Shown here in pieces: positions 1-12,577 of a stretch of DNA of 64,000 nucleotides. The position numbers and the translations under genes were made by a program. The notes beneath the pieces are model-generated. The model ran no database searches, was not told where the DNA came from, and saw only the letters and a program-made list of their open reading frames with translations. Source of the stretch: Psammoneis japonica (Eukaryota); NCBI GenBank assembly GCA_008632985.1, contig QPGO01000066.1:1-64000 (forward strand), in the 5' to 3' direction. Numbering within the stretch: position 1 is the stretch's first letter; each line of letters starts with the position of its first letter.

Positions 1-2265
1 CCCTTTCATGACGATCCCGCATTGGAATGTCCGCCATGGCCACGGCAGCAGAATTTCCCATGGTGGCACATCGTGCCTTTAATCGTCGACTCTCCTCGCC
101 CCATACCAATCCCTACACATCACTTGTTTATCCCGATATGCGCGGAACCGTGTCGGTCTTGTTGCAAGTTTTGGAACGACGGAATCGAACCAATTATATT
201 AATTTTTTTATCCCTTTGCCGATGTGGTTTTCAACGACGACAACTTCTCAAGAATGCCTTTGAAGCAAAAAACATGAGATTTCATTCCTATTCCTATCTG
301 GTGGAACCGGAAACTCCCGATGATCCCCGTACGATGCGTACGGCCATGGCGAAAATGAAACGCGATGGATTTCGTACTATATTGGTAGCCATGGAATCGC
401 CCTATGAAGAATTGCCACTGTTGGCCAATGTAGCGGAAGAATTGCAAATGAACAATGGAGATTATTTTTGGGTATGGTTTGGTGAATACGAACGTGAGTT
501 TCATCGTGAACGAACAGCCAAGGATCCCAAAAATGTCAATATTACCAAACTCTTGACGGGATCGTCGTGGGTCTTGCCCTTTGAACGGATTTATCGAGAT
601 GATTACTTTTTTGATGAATGGTTCTCCAAGGACAGTAGTTTTGTGGATCTCTTGAATACAATGAACCCATTAACACCAGGTCAACCCGGTTATTACTTTG
701 CCGAACCGGATTTTTTCCAGACAGAGACACCCGAATACGGGACGGGATTCATGTATGATGCCATTATGGCCATTGGTATGGGTGCGTGCATGGCACAAAA
801 CAAGACGGGTAGTGCTCATGTGGAGGGCATTCACAATGTCGACTTTGTCGGAGCATCGGGACGGGTCAATATTTTGGAATCCTACACGCACGCACGAGAA
901 CCGGGTCACATGTCGTGGATTGTCTTTAATGCACTTCCTCCTCAAGATGGCAAACCACATGCCAAACTTCAGTACTCGGATTTGTATCTTGTGGCCAGTT
1001 CCGAACGAGAAACCCTCCAAGATGAGCAATGGATTTCAACCGCTCCCTTGTCTTTGCGAATGGCGATACGGTGGACCGCTCTTGAGGGATGAAGCGGATC
1101 AGAATTATTTGGAAAAGGGCTTTCGAGTCTTTGGTTTGGTACTCATGAGCATTGCACTCGTGGCGGCGGTAGCCGTCATGTTGTGGGTCTTTGTACACCG
1201 CAAGCATGCCGTGCTGCGTGCGGCTCAACCGTACTTTTTATACCTTGTGGCACTCGGATCGGTGTGCTATGCCATTACCATTGCTTTCTTTTCCGTCGAC
1301 GAGAGTTATGGTTGGTCCCAAGATGAGTTGGGCCGTGCTTGCATGGCTGTCCCGTGGTTGCTTTGTATGGGCCACATTATTACCTACGGGGCGTTGTTTA
1401 GTAAACTGTGGCGCGTCAACCGTGTTCTCCAGGCTTCGAGACAAAAGGTGGAATACCATCATGTGGTTTGGCCCTTTGCCATTATGTTTGTTTGTAGTTT
1501 GATTGTCCTTGTTGTTTGGACAGCTGTGGATAGCTTGGAATGGGTGCGAGTCGAGGACGAAGAGACGGGAGAAAGCATTGGCCAATGTGAATCCGAGCAT
1601 ATTGCTGCGTTTGCGGCACCCTTGATTGCCCTGGCGCTGACCGCGTCGCTGTTGACTCTGTACATGGCGTGGAAAACGAGGGACGTGGATCATGCGTATT
1701 CCGAATCGGCCCAAATATTTATTCTTATTGTAGTGGAGCTAGAGATGGTTCTGATTGCGACACCCGTTCTGATTATCCTCTATGATATTTCGACATCCGG
1801 GAGATATGTCGGTGAGTGAAAAATGTCTGCATGACATCTTCTTCTTGTTTACTTTTCGTAACAACCTTTCGCTCACTCTACATATGTTATTCCTCTGCAG
1901 CATTTTCAATTACATTGTGGGTTTTTGCCATGGCACAGCTCATATTGATTATGTTCCCAAAGGTCAAAGCGTACCGCGAGGCAGTCAGTGACACCAATTC
2001 AGATCGTAGTCGAGTAAGAGGGGGCGGGCATGGCGAAGTGAAGGTTACTGGTTTTCGAGAGAAAATGATGAAGAAGGCCTCGTCGCTATTTGCCAGCAAA
2101 GCAAAAGGCCAAATGGCTGCAGAGGGGCAGCAGCCGACAGCGGCGCCAGAGTGCGAAATGAATGGGGGGCGTCATGCAACAGAGACCACAGTACCCGATC
2201 GAAGCTCATTGACGATGCATGTAAATAGTTCAGTGACCGCAGAAGGGTTCACTGACAACTCATGA
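1..2265 (+). CDS. Class C (family 3, GABA-B-like) GPCR, 5' partial: Venus-flytrap/ANF-receptor-like ectodomain plus 7TM
   Basis: ORF 22-1092 gives the ectodomain (YDAIMAIGMGAC, DFVGASGRV). ORF 698-1819 gives the 7TM (VLRAAQPYFL, CMAVPWLLCMGHIITYGALFSKLWRVNRV, LYMAWKTRDV...SES). A GT-AG intron at 1812-1900 joins in frame to the C-tail. Apparent 1-bp frameshifts near 200-230 and 1045. Confidence 0.85.
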
Positions 2266-2621
2266 AAATAGTGCATAATCTGTAAGTTCACACATGTTGT
2301 ACATCCACATAGAATAATCCTGTTTGAATTTAACTGTCCCGGGTGACGCGTCCCCGCCCCGGAATAATTTATGCAGAAGAAGAAAGATTGAAACCTGCGA
2401 GGTACCACAGACTGTAATTCATTGTGCGGAGGCAGAGAGCAAGTCCGTCCATCGTTGCATTCTTTGGGTGAACCACATCAGGACATTTTTCGTTTTGATT
2501 TCTCTCCGTAACGCTTTTCTCTTTTCTTTCGGTAGCTTAAGATGTTGTCAATGTCGGGAGCTATGCTTCTACTCGCCGGTAAAGTGAAACAAGCGACACT
2601 TTTAGGATGGATCTCTATCAA

Positions 2622-3886
2622 TCAAAACCTGTATCGAAGTTTTCGTCTCGCCTCGTTGTTCAAATTTGCCATGTCTTCAATCGCGCGGGTTCTTAGTCCC
2701 TCGGTTAGCTCCAGTGCCTTTTCCTTGCCGACCCTCTCAACAAACGATTCCAGCCATCCCCGAATCTTGTCATTTGTTGCAACAATCTTTTCAATCTCGG
2801 CTTCTCTTGCTTTGTATTGCTCGTCCGATTTTCTACCAATACATTCTTCCCTCGGGCCAATGTAGTGATGGACGCGAAACATGGCTTCTGCATAGGGGAC
2901 AAATGCTCCATGGACGCAAAGATCCTCATTGAGATGATGAGGTGATAGTATTTTACTTGCATCGTATTGCGAAGCGTCCATCAAGGGTTTCCCGGGATAG
3001 CGGTTTTGGTGCGCCTGATGATGGCGGTATCGGAGCGTGTAAAAGTGTTCGGGATCAAACCCGTCGGGACTTGGGAATATGTTTCATTGGGCGAGCTTAC
3101 ATTGTTCCCAAACAACACTCGGGGTACAATCATGCATGGTTTATCGAAATGCCAATATCTGTCAGTCCGGTTCAGCTCGCTGGCCAGGTAGTCAGCCACA
3201 GTTGCCTCTCCAATTTTCGGTAGTCTTGTTCGTGGATGCAATCCATTGTGAATGTCTTCATCGAATTTCATAAGACATTCAGCCCGTTCCGTATAGTTTA
3301 TATCTTGAAAGCAGCAGGGCTCTGCGGACTCATGCTTGTCGTAGTCGTTAAAGACCCAATACTCATCGGGATCAATGAGCACTGTCCATGTTCTGTTTTG
3401 CCTCTTCAACGAGTCGAGGCAGGCTTCCATAAATGCCGTTTGACGTTGCAGAAAAAAATGGAGTCGTTCTTTTCTGTCTGCAGTTGGATTGTAATACTGT
3501 CCCTTTTCTAGATAATCTTGGTCGTGCCACAATTCAATCTTCATGTTTGGTAACGACCGGAACTTTTCCAAAATTGGCTCCGGCGAAATTTTGCTGTACG
3601 GATCGTCCGCAATAATCAAGTGACGAAGAGGCAATACCTCATAATGATATGCTAACCATTCCGGTAATATACGATTATCTTCCTTGACAATAAGACATGC
3701 CGACATTGTAAAGGGAAACTCAGGTTCTGTCGGCGAGCTGGATGATTGGCAGTCTGTCGATTCGCACATTTCATTGCTGGATGGCAAATACAGCCCTATC
3801 CCTTGATGAAATGTACGGGCGACAAAAACTAAATAGACTACGAATGGAAGCAAAAGCCATCGAATGGAGTTTTCCCAGTTTTTCAT
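2622..3886 (-). CDS. Glycosyltransferase family 92 / GT2-like type II membrane protein, paralog 1 (frameshifted near 2980-3050)
   Basis: N-terminal TM, SACLIVKEDNRILPEWLAYHY and WTVLIDPDEY (DxDE) motifs. Colinear with the intact paralog at 5836-7092. The C-terminus is in ORF 2622-2984. Confidence 0.75.
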
Positions 3887-4151
3887 TCTGGCTGTGACTT
3901 TGGCACCGGACAATTTAGAGACGCGTCATCTGATGCCATTGTGGCCAAAAACATTTCTCCCCGCTTTGTGCGAGGGAAAAAGTGAGCGGAATTCCTCTTG
4001 CCAAAGATCTGGAGTATTTTAATATACGTGGCTGAACATTGGATTTGGGAAGGAACGCGCGTCGTGTTCGGACGATGACACGGTGTGTGGATGGACGTTC
4101 ATTTCGACGTTCATTGGCAATGTTTGAATGCACTCTGAAATGATGGCTGTA

Positions 4152-5700
4152 CTTGTGAAACACCAATGTGCTCAATGCCAAACAAAGCATGCTTTGATGA
4201 CTCATCTCCCTCTGATCAACAATCCACCTCAAGAAATGTGCCAATGATCTTAACGCTGTTTTCAACAGGCAGCCGGGGAGGAGATGTGCGCAGGCGTGCC
4301 AGACTCAAGTCGTTAGATGTGATCTTGTTTGCACCTTCACACAGGTGTTGCCAGCTCGCTTTGGGTGGGGGTGATCCCAAGATGTCTCTCATGACAGATG
4401 TCTTGAGACAGCATCTGGCAACTCCACTGAGATGAAGCATGCGCGCAGAGTTTGAGGTGTGCCGCTCATTGACAACACTTGGCAGCTTTGTGTGGGACAT
4501 CTGTTCTGGCTCAAATGAGTGCCCCTGGGGTTTGCTCTGCTGCATCACCAGGCACAGCCACACAGGCACCATTCTGTTGGGCATTCTTGTTTTTGGCTGT
4601 GGGCCTCCAAAGGCAACAGAGTCAGGCCACACACACGGTGGCGTGTGTGGCCAGCGACACAAAACAAGAGCCAGGGCTCGCAGAATGGCCATGTTGGATG
4701 CTCCCAGCTGAAAGGGAAAGAAAAAGCAAACAAATGCAAAACTGACCCCAAAACCACAACATTTTCCAATCCTGGGGGTGTCATGTTTTGAGTCACATCA
4801 GAGCTGCAATTCCAGCCAACTGCAAGTCCTTTTTTTCATCATTTTCTTAGAACAAAACAATTGGCTGGACTTTGCAATGAGTGCAAGCAGACCTGCCTCA
4901 TCTGATGTTGCATCACTTTGACATCTGACAACATGCACAACTGCCCTGTGGCATTGAAAAAGTTTGCACAGCTCCTCCAGCGCCTGAGCATTGTGGCATC
5001 AAACATCTTGGGCACTTTGTGGCCACAGCCTTCAAATGTTGGGACAACTCCTTGAGTTTGGGTTGATGCCCAACAACAAGCTTTGCCCTGCATGGTTGTT
5101 TTCATTGTTGAGTCATCAGCACCATGACAAAAGTTGGGATGAGGTCACCCATGCTGCTGTTTGTTGCATTTGTCATGGTCCACTCTGCCCATGTCAGACA
5201 ATCTCATGTTTTTGCACCTGGGCTTGATGAGGACAGACACATCTTGACATGTTTGCTGCCAATGAAGAGGGCTTGACCACATTGAAAATTCAGGCACAGC
5301 TGTGATTGACAAAATGGGGAGCAGCACTGGCACCTGACCAACCTGCATTCATTTCAAAAGGCTGGCCAGATCAGCCTCTGCAGTTTTCTTGCTTTTCTTC
5401 TGAAGGTGGGTGGGTGCAGCAGCCCCAAAACCCAAGAAGCACATCCCAGCATCAAGCTTGACTTGTGAGGCTGTGTGTTGTGATGGGGCATCAGACCAGT
5501 GCACACTTCATCATGCAAAGCTTTCTCTCTTTGCTGTGTGTTCTTCACTGCCAATTGCCTTGCTTTGTTAACCTCCTTGTGTGCAATGGATGTGATCTTA
5601 TGGAGTCGGACACGGTCCAACAGTCTGTAGCTCAAAAGCATGCCAAAGGAGCGTTGGAATGCTCATGAGAACGATTGTGCAGCAAAGAAGGGATGACGTG
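4152..5700. other. TpA-depleted hypermutated domain 1 (unassigned insertion between the two GT92 paralogs)
   Basis: Only a handful of TA in ~1.5 kb, CpG rare, TG/CA strongly enriched. The flanking genes have normal TA content. Confidence 0.8.
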
Positions 5701-5835
5701 TAACTCCCTGTCAATTTCAATGTTGAGTTCTAGCTTGCAGTTAAACGGGCGACCAATCCGTAGATGGCGGCGCTCGACCAGTGTTTTCTAGCTCTATGCA
5801 TCGTCTCAAAATATCTACTGACGGCAAAAACGGAA

Positions 5836-7092
5836 TCATGATTGATGTCGAAGCCTTCTTCTCACCTCGATATCCAATTTTGCCATGTCTTTAATAGCTA
5901 TGACTCGTTGTTCCTGTGTTAATTCCAGAGCTTTTTTCTTTCCAACTCGCTGTGAAAATAATTTTAGCCATCCTCGAATCTCGTCATTCGTAGCGGCAAT
6001 TCTCCCGATCTCGGCGAGGCGTGATTCATATTGCTCGTCCGATTTTCGACCCTTGCATTCTTCCCTAGGACCAATGTAGTGATGCACTCGAAACAAGGCT
6101 TCTGCATAAGAAGCAAAAGTGTTGTGAACACACAGAGCGTCCGTTATGTGGTGTGGAGACCGTACTTTACTTCCATCATAGCGAGAGGCATCCATCAGTG
6201 GTTTTCCTGGATATCTGTTCTGGTATGGCTGATGATAGCGATACCGAAGTGTATAGAATTGATTTGGATCAAACCCGTCCGGAACTTGGGAGTAAGTTTC
6301 ATTCGGAAGGCTCTCGTTGTTTGAAAATAGAACGCGGGGCAATGTCATGCATGGCTTATCAAAATGCCAGTATCTGTCGGTGCGGTTCAACTCACTGGCT
6401 AAGTAGTGTGCCACCGTAGCCTCCCCGATTTTGGGGAGTCTTGATCGTGGATGCACTCCCTTCTCAATGTCGTCATGAAACTTCTTCGTACATGCAGCGC
6501 GTTCAGAAATGTTTACATGGCGACAGTAGGGCCTAGCTTCCTCATTTTTGTCGTAGTCGTTGAAGACCCAATACTCATCGGGATCAATGAGCACTGTCCA
6601 AGTCCTGTTCTGCCTTTTTAGGGAATTCAGACACGACTGCAAAAATGCCTCTTGACGTCGTAGAAAAAGTTTGAGTCGTTCTGTTCTGTTAGCCGAGGGG
6701 TTAACGTACTGTCCCTTGTTCAGATAATCCTCATCCTTCCACATTTCGATGGTCATATTTGGCAACGTACGAAATTTCTCCAGAACCGGTTCTGGCGACA
6801 TTTTGCTGTAGGGATCTACCGCAACAATCAAGTGACGAAGAGGCAACACTTCATAATGATATGCTATCCATTCAGGCAAGAGGTGATTGTCCTCCTTGAC
6901 AATGAGACAAGCCGACATGTCAAACGGGAAATCAGTTGGTGGCGAGGGGGATGATGATTCGCAGTCCAGAGATTCACACCTATCTTGGGTGTATTGTAAA
7001 TACCAATCGAGCTGAAACGTACTGGCGAAGAGAACAAAGTAAACGAACAATGGGATGAAAACCCATCGTAAGACGTATTCCCAGTTCTTCAT
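5836..7092 (-). CDS. Glycosyltransferase family 92 / GT2-like type II membrane protein, paralog 2
   Basis: Intact ORF starting MKNWEYVLRW (upstream ATG at 7134 possible). Motifs SACLIVKEDNHLLPEWIAYHY, LIDPDEY and RVHHYIG. Confidence 0.8.
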   Translation of the reverse strand: MKNWEYVLRWVFIPLFVYFVLFASTFQLDWYLQYTQDRCESLDCESSSPSPPTDFPFDMSACLIVKEDNHLLPEWIAYHYEVLPLRHLIVAVDPYSKMSPEPVLEKFRTLPNMTIEMWKDEDYLNKGQYVNPSANRTERLKLFLRRQEAFLQSCLNSLKRQNRTWTVLIDPDEYWVFNDYDKNEEARPYCRHVNISERAACTKKFHDDIEKGVHPRSRLPKIGEATVAHYLASELNRTDRYWHFDKPCMTLPRVLFSNNESLPNETYSQVPDGFDPNQFYTLRYRYHQPYQNRYPGKPLMDASRYDGSKVRSPHHITDALCVHNTFASYAEALFRVHHYIGPREECKGRKSDEQYESRLAEIGRIAATNDEIRGWLKLFSQRVGKKKALELTQEQRVIAIKDMAKLDIEVRRRLRHQS

Positions 7093-7630
7093 TTTTCCTT
7101 GGGTGCTTTGAAGAGCAATTATAGCTAGCAGCATGAATTTGTGAGACTCTCATTCATGTGTTACGATCTTTTGACAGCCGCGTCGCGGGGATTTGTCGAA
7201 GATTCCAGATTTCAATCCCGAATTGAGAATCATAGAGTCTAATCCCGCGAACTCGTTCAAGTCCCGCAATTTGGAACTATTAGAGTACGTTTATTTTAAA
7301 TTGACTGAACCGACGCCCAACTCTCCATTTCACATTCCAGCAAGCTATTAGGGCCTAACTTTACTACTAGAGTAGCTCTAGAGATTATACTACGTTCTCG
7401 AAGCGTTGTGGCGATGATGCGTGTCATCTCTATGCCAGGCCTATGTCACTCTCATACCTCGAGGCCAACAGATGATTGCACTTCTGCTGTGACAATTTTT
7501 CAGGAAGAGTAGTGAGTATCTCTAGTTTGTTCATAGTTGGCAGGATGATGAAAGCCTTTTGGTGTGACTGTGATTATAGATATATGTAGGGTTCTGAAGT
7601 TTTCGATATAGCACACACAAAGACAACAAT

Positions 7631-9709
7631 CTACTCGAGAGCACCAGTCTTCTCAAAGAATTCCAACAGAGGACTCAAATGATACCGCAAGTTCTGAATC
7701 CCAAATCCAATACGCAAGTATCTAACGCCATTCACAATTTTATAGTCCAATCCATATGGGAGAGACGACACCTCTTTTGATACCGGGATTGCCAAGGTAT
7801 TGGACTCGGAAACGGCTGCTAGCTGTGACTCGGATAGTTTGGCGCGTTTTACAAATTCAGCCTTGATTGTTTGAACGTATTCGTGCTGAGCTGCAACGGA
7901 CGGAAGTGACTTGACAATACGTGATGCAATAAAGGCGGCTTCAACCCATGATGGTGTGCCACCGTCCCACTCGAGACCGTCATCGTACAGCAGACGGTTT
8001 GTCTTGGTATCTACTGTCTTGTTTTCCTCAAGTCCACTGAGGTATGCTGTCCACCCACTAGACGGTTCTCGAATCAATCGATCGCTTGAGCGAGAATATG
8101 TCATGAAACCGAGACCTTCTCCACATCGAGCATGCTTGATGAGCGATCCGACAAAAAAAACGTTTGGACGAGTCGCCAAGGAATTTAGGTGGAGCGGAAT
8201 GTTTGCAACTCCTTGGGTTACGTCGACTATAACAATAACACTTGTAGGAATGCTTTGTATCCATTCCACTGGCATGACGCGTTGAGTGCAAGAATTGACG
8301 AGAGAGACCAGAACAAGCTGTTGAATGCATTCGTGCTCCTTCTTTTCTTCTTGAACGTGCGAATTGACAATGCTACACACCAACTCATCTGCGGGTACGC
8401 GAGATATGGAGGCTCCTTGCAACACGAGAATGGACGCAGCTCGTTCCAGTGTTACAAATTCGTCGTCCGTGAGTATTACATTCAACTTTGGAGAGGCCAC
8501 GAGACGAACGGACGTCATGATTCTTGAGAGTACTTCCGTGACGCTCGAACCGAGTCCAAATCCAACGACGGTACTGTCATTCAGACCGAGCAATACACTC
8601 AACTCATGACAGAACGAGGGGCGGGTTTCATGATAATAGTGTTCCCAAATGGCTGATCGTTTGTTTCGGCGAGTCTCTAAAAAGTCTGATCGAGCTAGCT
8701 CGTACTCCTTGGGCTGAAAGCCGACCGAATGAGTTCCAAATTCGCACCCTGGGTCCACAAACACGTCCAAGTAGTGACTCGCAAGTGGGTATGTTTCGTA
8801 GTCATATAGCTGGTGCATCTCAATTCCGATACCTACAATGGGCGAACGAAGTGACCCCAACGCCTTGAGCAATCTTGAATTATGCAATCGACGGAGTACT
8901 CGATCTACGAGAATTGTGTTGGGTGTGCCTTTTGTACCACTCGTAATACCGATTGCGGTCATTGCGGTGACAACATGATCAAACCAACAACGGGAGACGG
9001 CGTCAAGAAGATCAATAAACGCTTCGGCAACGCGTCCCGCTGGTGTCCTTGTCAACATCGCATTCGAGAGTTCTTCATCTGAGAATGACTTGAAGTAAAA
9101 TTCCAATCCGCCCGTCTTTGCCGTCAAGGGCATCATGGCTGGTGAATTACCTCCTGAGACTCCCGCAAGACTTGGAACGTAAAGCAAGTATTTAATGCGA
9201 TCTAGCTTTGCAACTCCGCAAACTAGGCTTCCAACGGCATTCCATCCGTTGGCGGCATAACGGCACTCTTGCTCAATCTGTTCAACGTGGGTGTCCGACA
9301 AGTCATTCAAGCCATTTGACTCTTCAACCAAATGGCAGATTCGTTCCAAGCTTGGCTTGAGAGCATGAAGTATGAGTTCGATCCGTTGGTGATGCGACAC
9401 AAAGTGTTCTCGAAGACTGTGAATCTCTGCCTCGCTAAGCTTGCCTTGACAGCGTTGTTCGGGAAGTCGGACGTTGTCATACCAACGAATTCTCGAATAA
9501 AGAGTCGTGGGAAGTGCCACAACAGGCATGTCAGCCCAGCAATGCGGTGTGGGGCAGCATTCGCATGACAAGCTGTCCCAAACGGAGCGATACGACGTGA
9601 GCTCTGCTGCTTCCACAAGGGCGTCGTAGGCTACCCAACTCTTGTAATAGTCCGCAGCGCTTGGTTCTTTCCCTGAATTCATAGTATTCGAATACTTCTT
9701 TGGTGTCAC
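7631..9709 (-). CDS. PLP-dependent fold-type I (class V aminotransferase / kynureninase-like) protein with long N-terminal extension
   Basis: 692-aa ORF (first ATG at 9682). Motifs TDDEFVT, VDVTQGVANIP, FFVGSLIKHARCGEGLGF (putative PLP lysine), WDGGTPS and YLRIGFG. Confidence 0.7.
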   Translation of the reverse strand: MTPKKYSNTMNSGKEPSAADYYKSWVAYDALVEAAELTSYRSVWDSLSCECCPTPHCWADMPVVALPTTLYSRIRWYDNVRLPEQRCQGKLSEAEIHSLREHFVSHHQRIELILHALKPSLERICHLVEESNGLNDLSDTHVEQIEQECRYAANGWNAVGSLVCGVAKLDRIKYLLYVPSLAGVSGGNSPAMMPLTAKTGGLEFYFKSFSDEELSNAMLTRTPAGRVAEAFIDLLDAVSRCWFDHVVTAMTAIGITSGTKGTPNTILVDRVLRRLHNSRLLKALGSLRSPIVGIGIEMHQLYDYETYPLASHYLDVFVDPGCEFGTHSVGFQPKEYELARSDFLETRRNKRSAIWEHYYHETRPSFCHELSVLLGLNDSTVVGFGLGSSVTEVLSRIMTSVRLVASPKLNVILTDDEFVTLERAASILVLQGASISRVPADELVCSIVNSHVQEEKKEHECIQQLVLVSLVNSCTQRVMPVEWIQSIPTSVIVIVDVTQGVANIPLHLNSLATRPNVFFVGSLIKHARCGEGLGFMTYSRSSDRLIREPSSGWTAYLSGLEENKTVDTKTNRLLYDDGLEWDGGTPSWVEAAFIASRIVKSLPSVAAQHEYVQTIKAEFVKRAKLSESQLAAVSESNTLAIPVSKEVSSLPYGLDYKIVNGVRYLRIGFGIQNLRYHLSPLLEFFEKTGALE

Positions 9710-10838
9710 AGCTTCTCCAGACTTCTACAATCCCGCAAATTGTGAGAACACTAAAAAACGAGGAGACATCCAATGAAACCAGAATTCTGTTTAGTCGTGG
9801 GCGTGTCAACCGGTCTTGCCAGCACTTGGGGACCACGTATGACATTGCCATAAACGCGACCGCACACTAAATCGAGTTCTCAACGCAACGTCTGACACGT
9901 GACATCGCAAGTAGTTCACACCAACACCGCTTGTTGTCAATGGCTGATTGCGCTTGTGAGTACCAAGCCATTTATATCGACTCCTTCCTACTCACGAAAC
10001 ACACAAAGCTCAATTTGTGGGATTGTCGCAAACACGAAAACTCTGACCGCGTCACTGTTTGTCTGTGTGACCACTATCTCGTAATTGCGCTTGCAGCATT
10101 TATGGAGAGTCCCTGTGATCTAAGCTTGAGAGGGATCTGTTGCAAACGGCATGCAACGCAGAAACGAACGACGCCAGTGGCCTCCATGCCGCGAGAAAAA
10201 TCCAATGCAGTGTGGCGGTTCGTTGCCAACATGGCATCTTCTGAAAATGGTCAGACTGCGAAAGCATGAGTGTGCTGATGACACTTTCTGACATTGTGGA
10301 GAGAACGCGGAACCGGCCAACGGAAACGTTGTTTCCCTTCGCACATCGCGTTTCGGTCACCAAAGGTAACTTATCTCTCCTCTCCATTTCGAAATTTCGA
10401 ATTGGGCCGGCTGCTAATGAGTATACTGAAATTTGAATACAAATTTATAGCAGTTCCCGTGAGTGGTTGTATATACTTATTATGCAACAAGGATGTCTAT
10501 TTCGGTCACTATCAAATATATAATGCTTATATTAGATGACGACGAACCTTTTTTTCATGAAATTTTCTAATTGCACGGCTCATTGCGCGCCAACGCGCCA
10601 ATTTTGTGTCCGTTCAGACGACAACGATAGCCCAACGCATACGATATACTCCTCACGACTGATGAAAGTATAACCGTCCTCAGAAACGCGCGCCACATTT
10701 TGTCTCTTGCACAGAAAAAATCAATCACTGACCTACTTCAACGGTCATATTGTTGCTGTTTGTTGTTTCAGTTTTAGCGTTCTTTTACAACAGAGTTGCT
10801 TTGCACATGCACTGGGGTAACATCCACATACAGCGAAA

Positions 10839-12335
10839 ATGATGGAAGACGACTGGGACTTTTCTGTTCCAACCAGTACGAGTTGTGACATTGGTGATCC
10901 GATCGAGTCGTCACGCGATAATGCAAATAACGCAACCTACACATCACCGATCCAAGAATTGGCAGCATCCGTGGTGCAATCCGTTACGGATTTTGCCTTG
11001 CCGTGGTCCAACAATGACGACGGATCGCTTTGTAACAAGGCTCGCAAGAACTTGGAATGCCGAGAAGGAAACAACTCCTTCATTAGCGACGCCACATACT
11101 TTGTCAAAATGACAGCCAATTACACCATGCAACAACAACAGGATACCGAACAAGAGGACGAAGTATCTCATGACTCTCCACCGTCAGTGATTTATACACC
11201 ACCAAGAAATCAAGGATCACAAGACGATGAACTACCAGAACTGGAACGTATGTCTCCCGATTCCACGTCACCAGAGGAAGAAGATGAAGAAACCAGAGAA
11301 GAAGAACACTCGGTAGAGTCCACTCCACCACCGGCTCCGTCTCATCCACCGCCAAGGATTACTGCTGACGCTGACGATGAAAAGTCGGGCGATGATTCCG
11401 ATTCTGGATTGCCAATGCCGCCACCGCCTCCCCCGATTCGGTTGGTAAAGAACCATCGTCAGCAGCGACACGAAACCGAGACTCGCAATCTCGCGGACAA
11501 TGTTCGCCGCGATGTGTCTATAATGGATCCGCCATTGAATATTGTAAACGAAGAAGAATCCATTGATTCCGAGTCTTCCGGACTACCCATTCCACCACCT
11601 CCTCCGCTTCCTTTTGCCACAAATCAACAACGACACGAGACGGAATCTCCCAACCCGGTGGATACTATGCGCCGCGATGTGTCCATCAGGGACACTGCAC
11701 CGTCTCCACCGCCGTCTCGGGCACCTCCCAAGACTATAACGGTGGGCGATGGAGACTCCATGTATTCCGATTCCTCCGGACTCCCCGTTCCACCGCCGCC
11801 GCCACGTCCGCTCCACGTTGCGGAAAGCAAGACCCGCGAGAGGAATGTTCACAATCAAGCTCTACCGCGCCATGTGACATTCAAGGATGACGTGGCTCCA
11901 CCATCGCCCCTATCGGATTCACCACCAAGGGATAGTACTGATACTCTTGACAATGCCAAGTCATTCGATTCGGACAGTTCCGGATTGCCAGTTCCACCGC
12001 CGCCTCTTGGCCAACAACGACACGAGGTGCGCCATTTCGTGCAAGATATTCGCCGTGATGTATCCGTCATGGACTTGCCATTGCGCAACACCACAAATCT
12101 CGGCTTGAAGAAGAAATCAAGTCGGAGGAAGAAATCCCAGAAGCGCGTCCAATTTGCCCAACCCGTCGTGACGGACATTAAACTACGTCCCATTTCAACA
12201 CGGGAGGAAAAGAAACGGCTCTTTTTTACATGGGAGGAACTGACAAGATTAGCCATGGAGCGGGCTTGGGAAGAAACAGAAATTATTACTCTTGACCAGC
12301 GACAATCGCTGGGAGTAGGAAACGGTGAAATATGA
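10839..12335 (+). CDS. Proline-rich low-complexity protein with four DS(D/E)SSGLPxPPPP repeats and a C-terminal RVxF-like motif
   Basis: 498-aa ORF. Repeated SGLPxPPPP...QQRHE...RRDVS units, then KRVQFAQPVVT near the C-terminus. Confidence 0.75.
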   Translation: MMEDDWDFSVPTSTSCDIGDPIESSRDNANNATYTSPIQELAASVVQSVTDFALPWSNNDDGSLCNKARKNLECREGNNSFISDATYFVKMTANYTMQQQQDTEQEDEVSHDSPPSVIYTPPRNQGSQDDELPELERMSPDSTSPEEEDEETREEEHSVESTPPPAPSHPPPRITADADDEKSGDDSDSGLPMPPPPPPIRLVKNHRQQRHETETRNLADNVRRDVSIMDPPLNIVNEEESIDSESSGLPIPPPPPLPFATNQQRHETESPNPVDTMRRDVSIRDTAPSPPPSRAPPKTITVGDGDSMYSDSSGLPVPPPPPRPLHVAESKTRERNVHNQALPRHVTFKDDVAPPSPLSDSPPRDSTDTLDNAKSFDSDSSGLPVPPPPLGQQRHEVRHFVQDIRRDVSVMDLPLRNTTNLGLKKKSSRRKKSQKRVQFAQPVVTDIKLRPISTREEKKRLFFTWEELTRLAMERAWEETEIITLDQRQSLGVGNGEI

Positions 12336-12577
12336 AAGATTACTACGCATTACACGCTTAAACATTTGCCCTAATACATGAAAAATAGAACGATCTTTAA
12401 TGCATTTGGATGCTGGCTCATGTATTTTGCTCTCTAGAGAGTATGATGAATACGTTGCATGTCTACATGAAGTCTCATTGGCGCGTTTTCTCTTGCCTAT
12501 GCCCGTAGTTTGTAGCTTGTCGTTTCATGCAGCAAAAACGTTCTATGTTACTGTATGTACACGATTCTATGTATATA

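Noticed and set aside
11380..12070. CRISPR-like or non-coding repeat array
   Set aside because: The repeats are degenerate, in-frame protein repeats within one ORF in a eukaryotic context.
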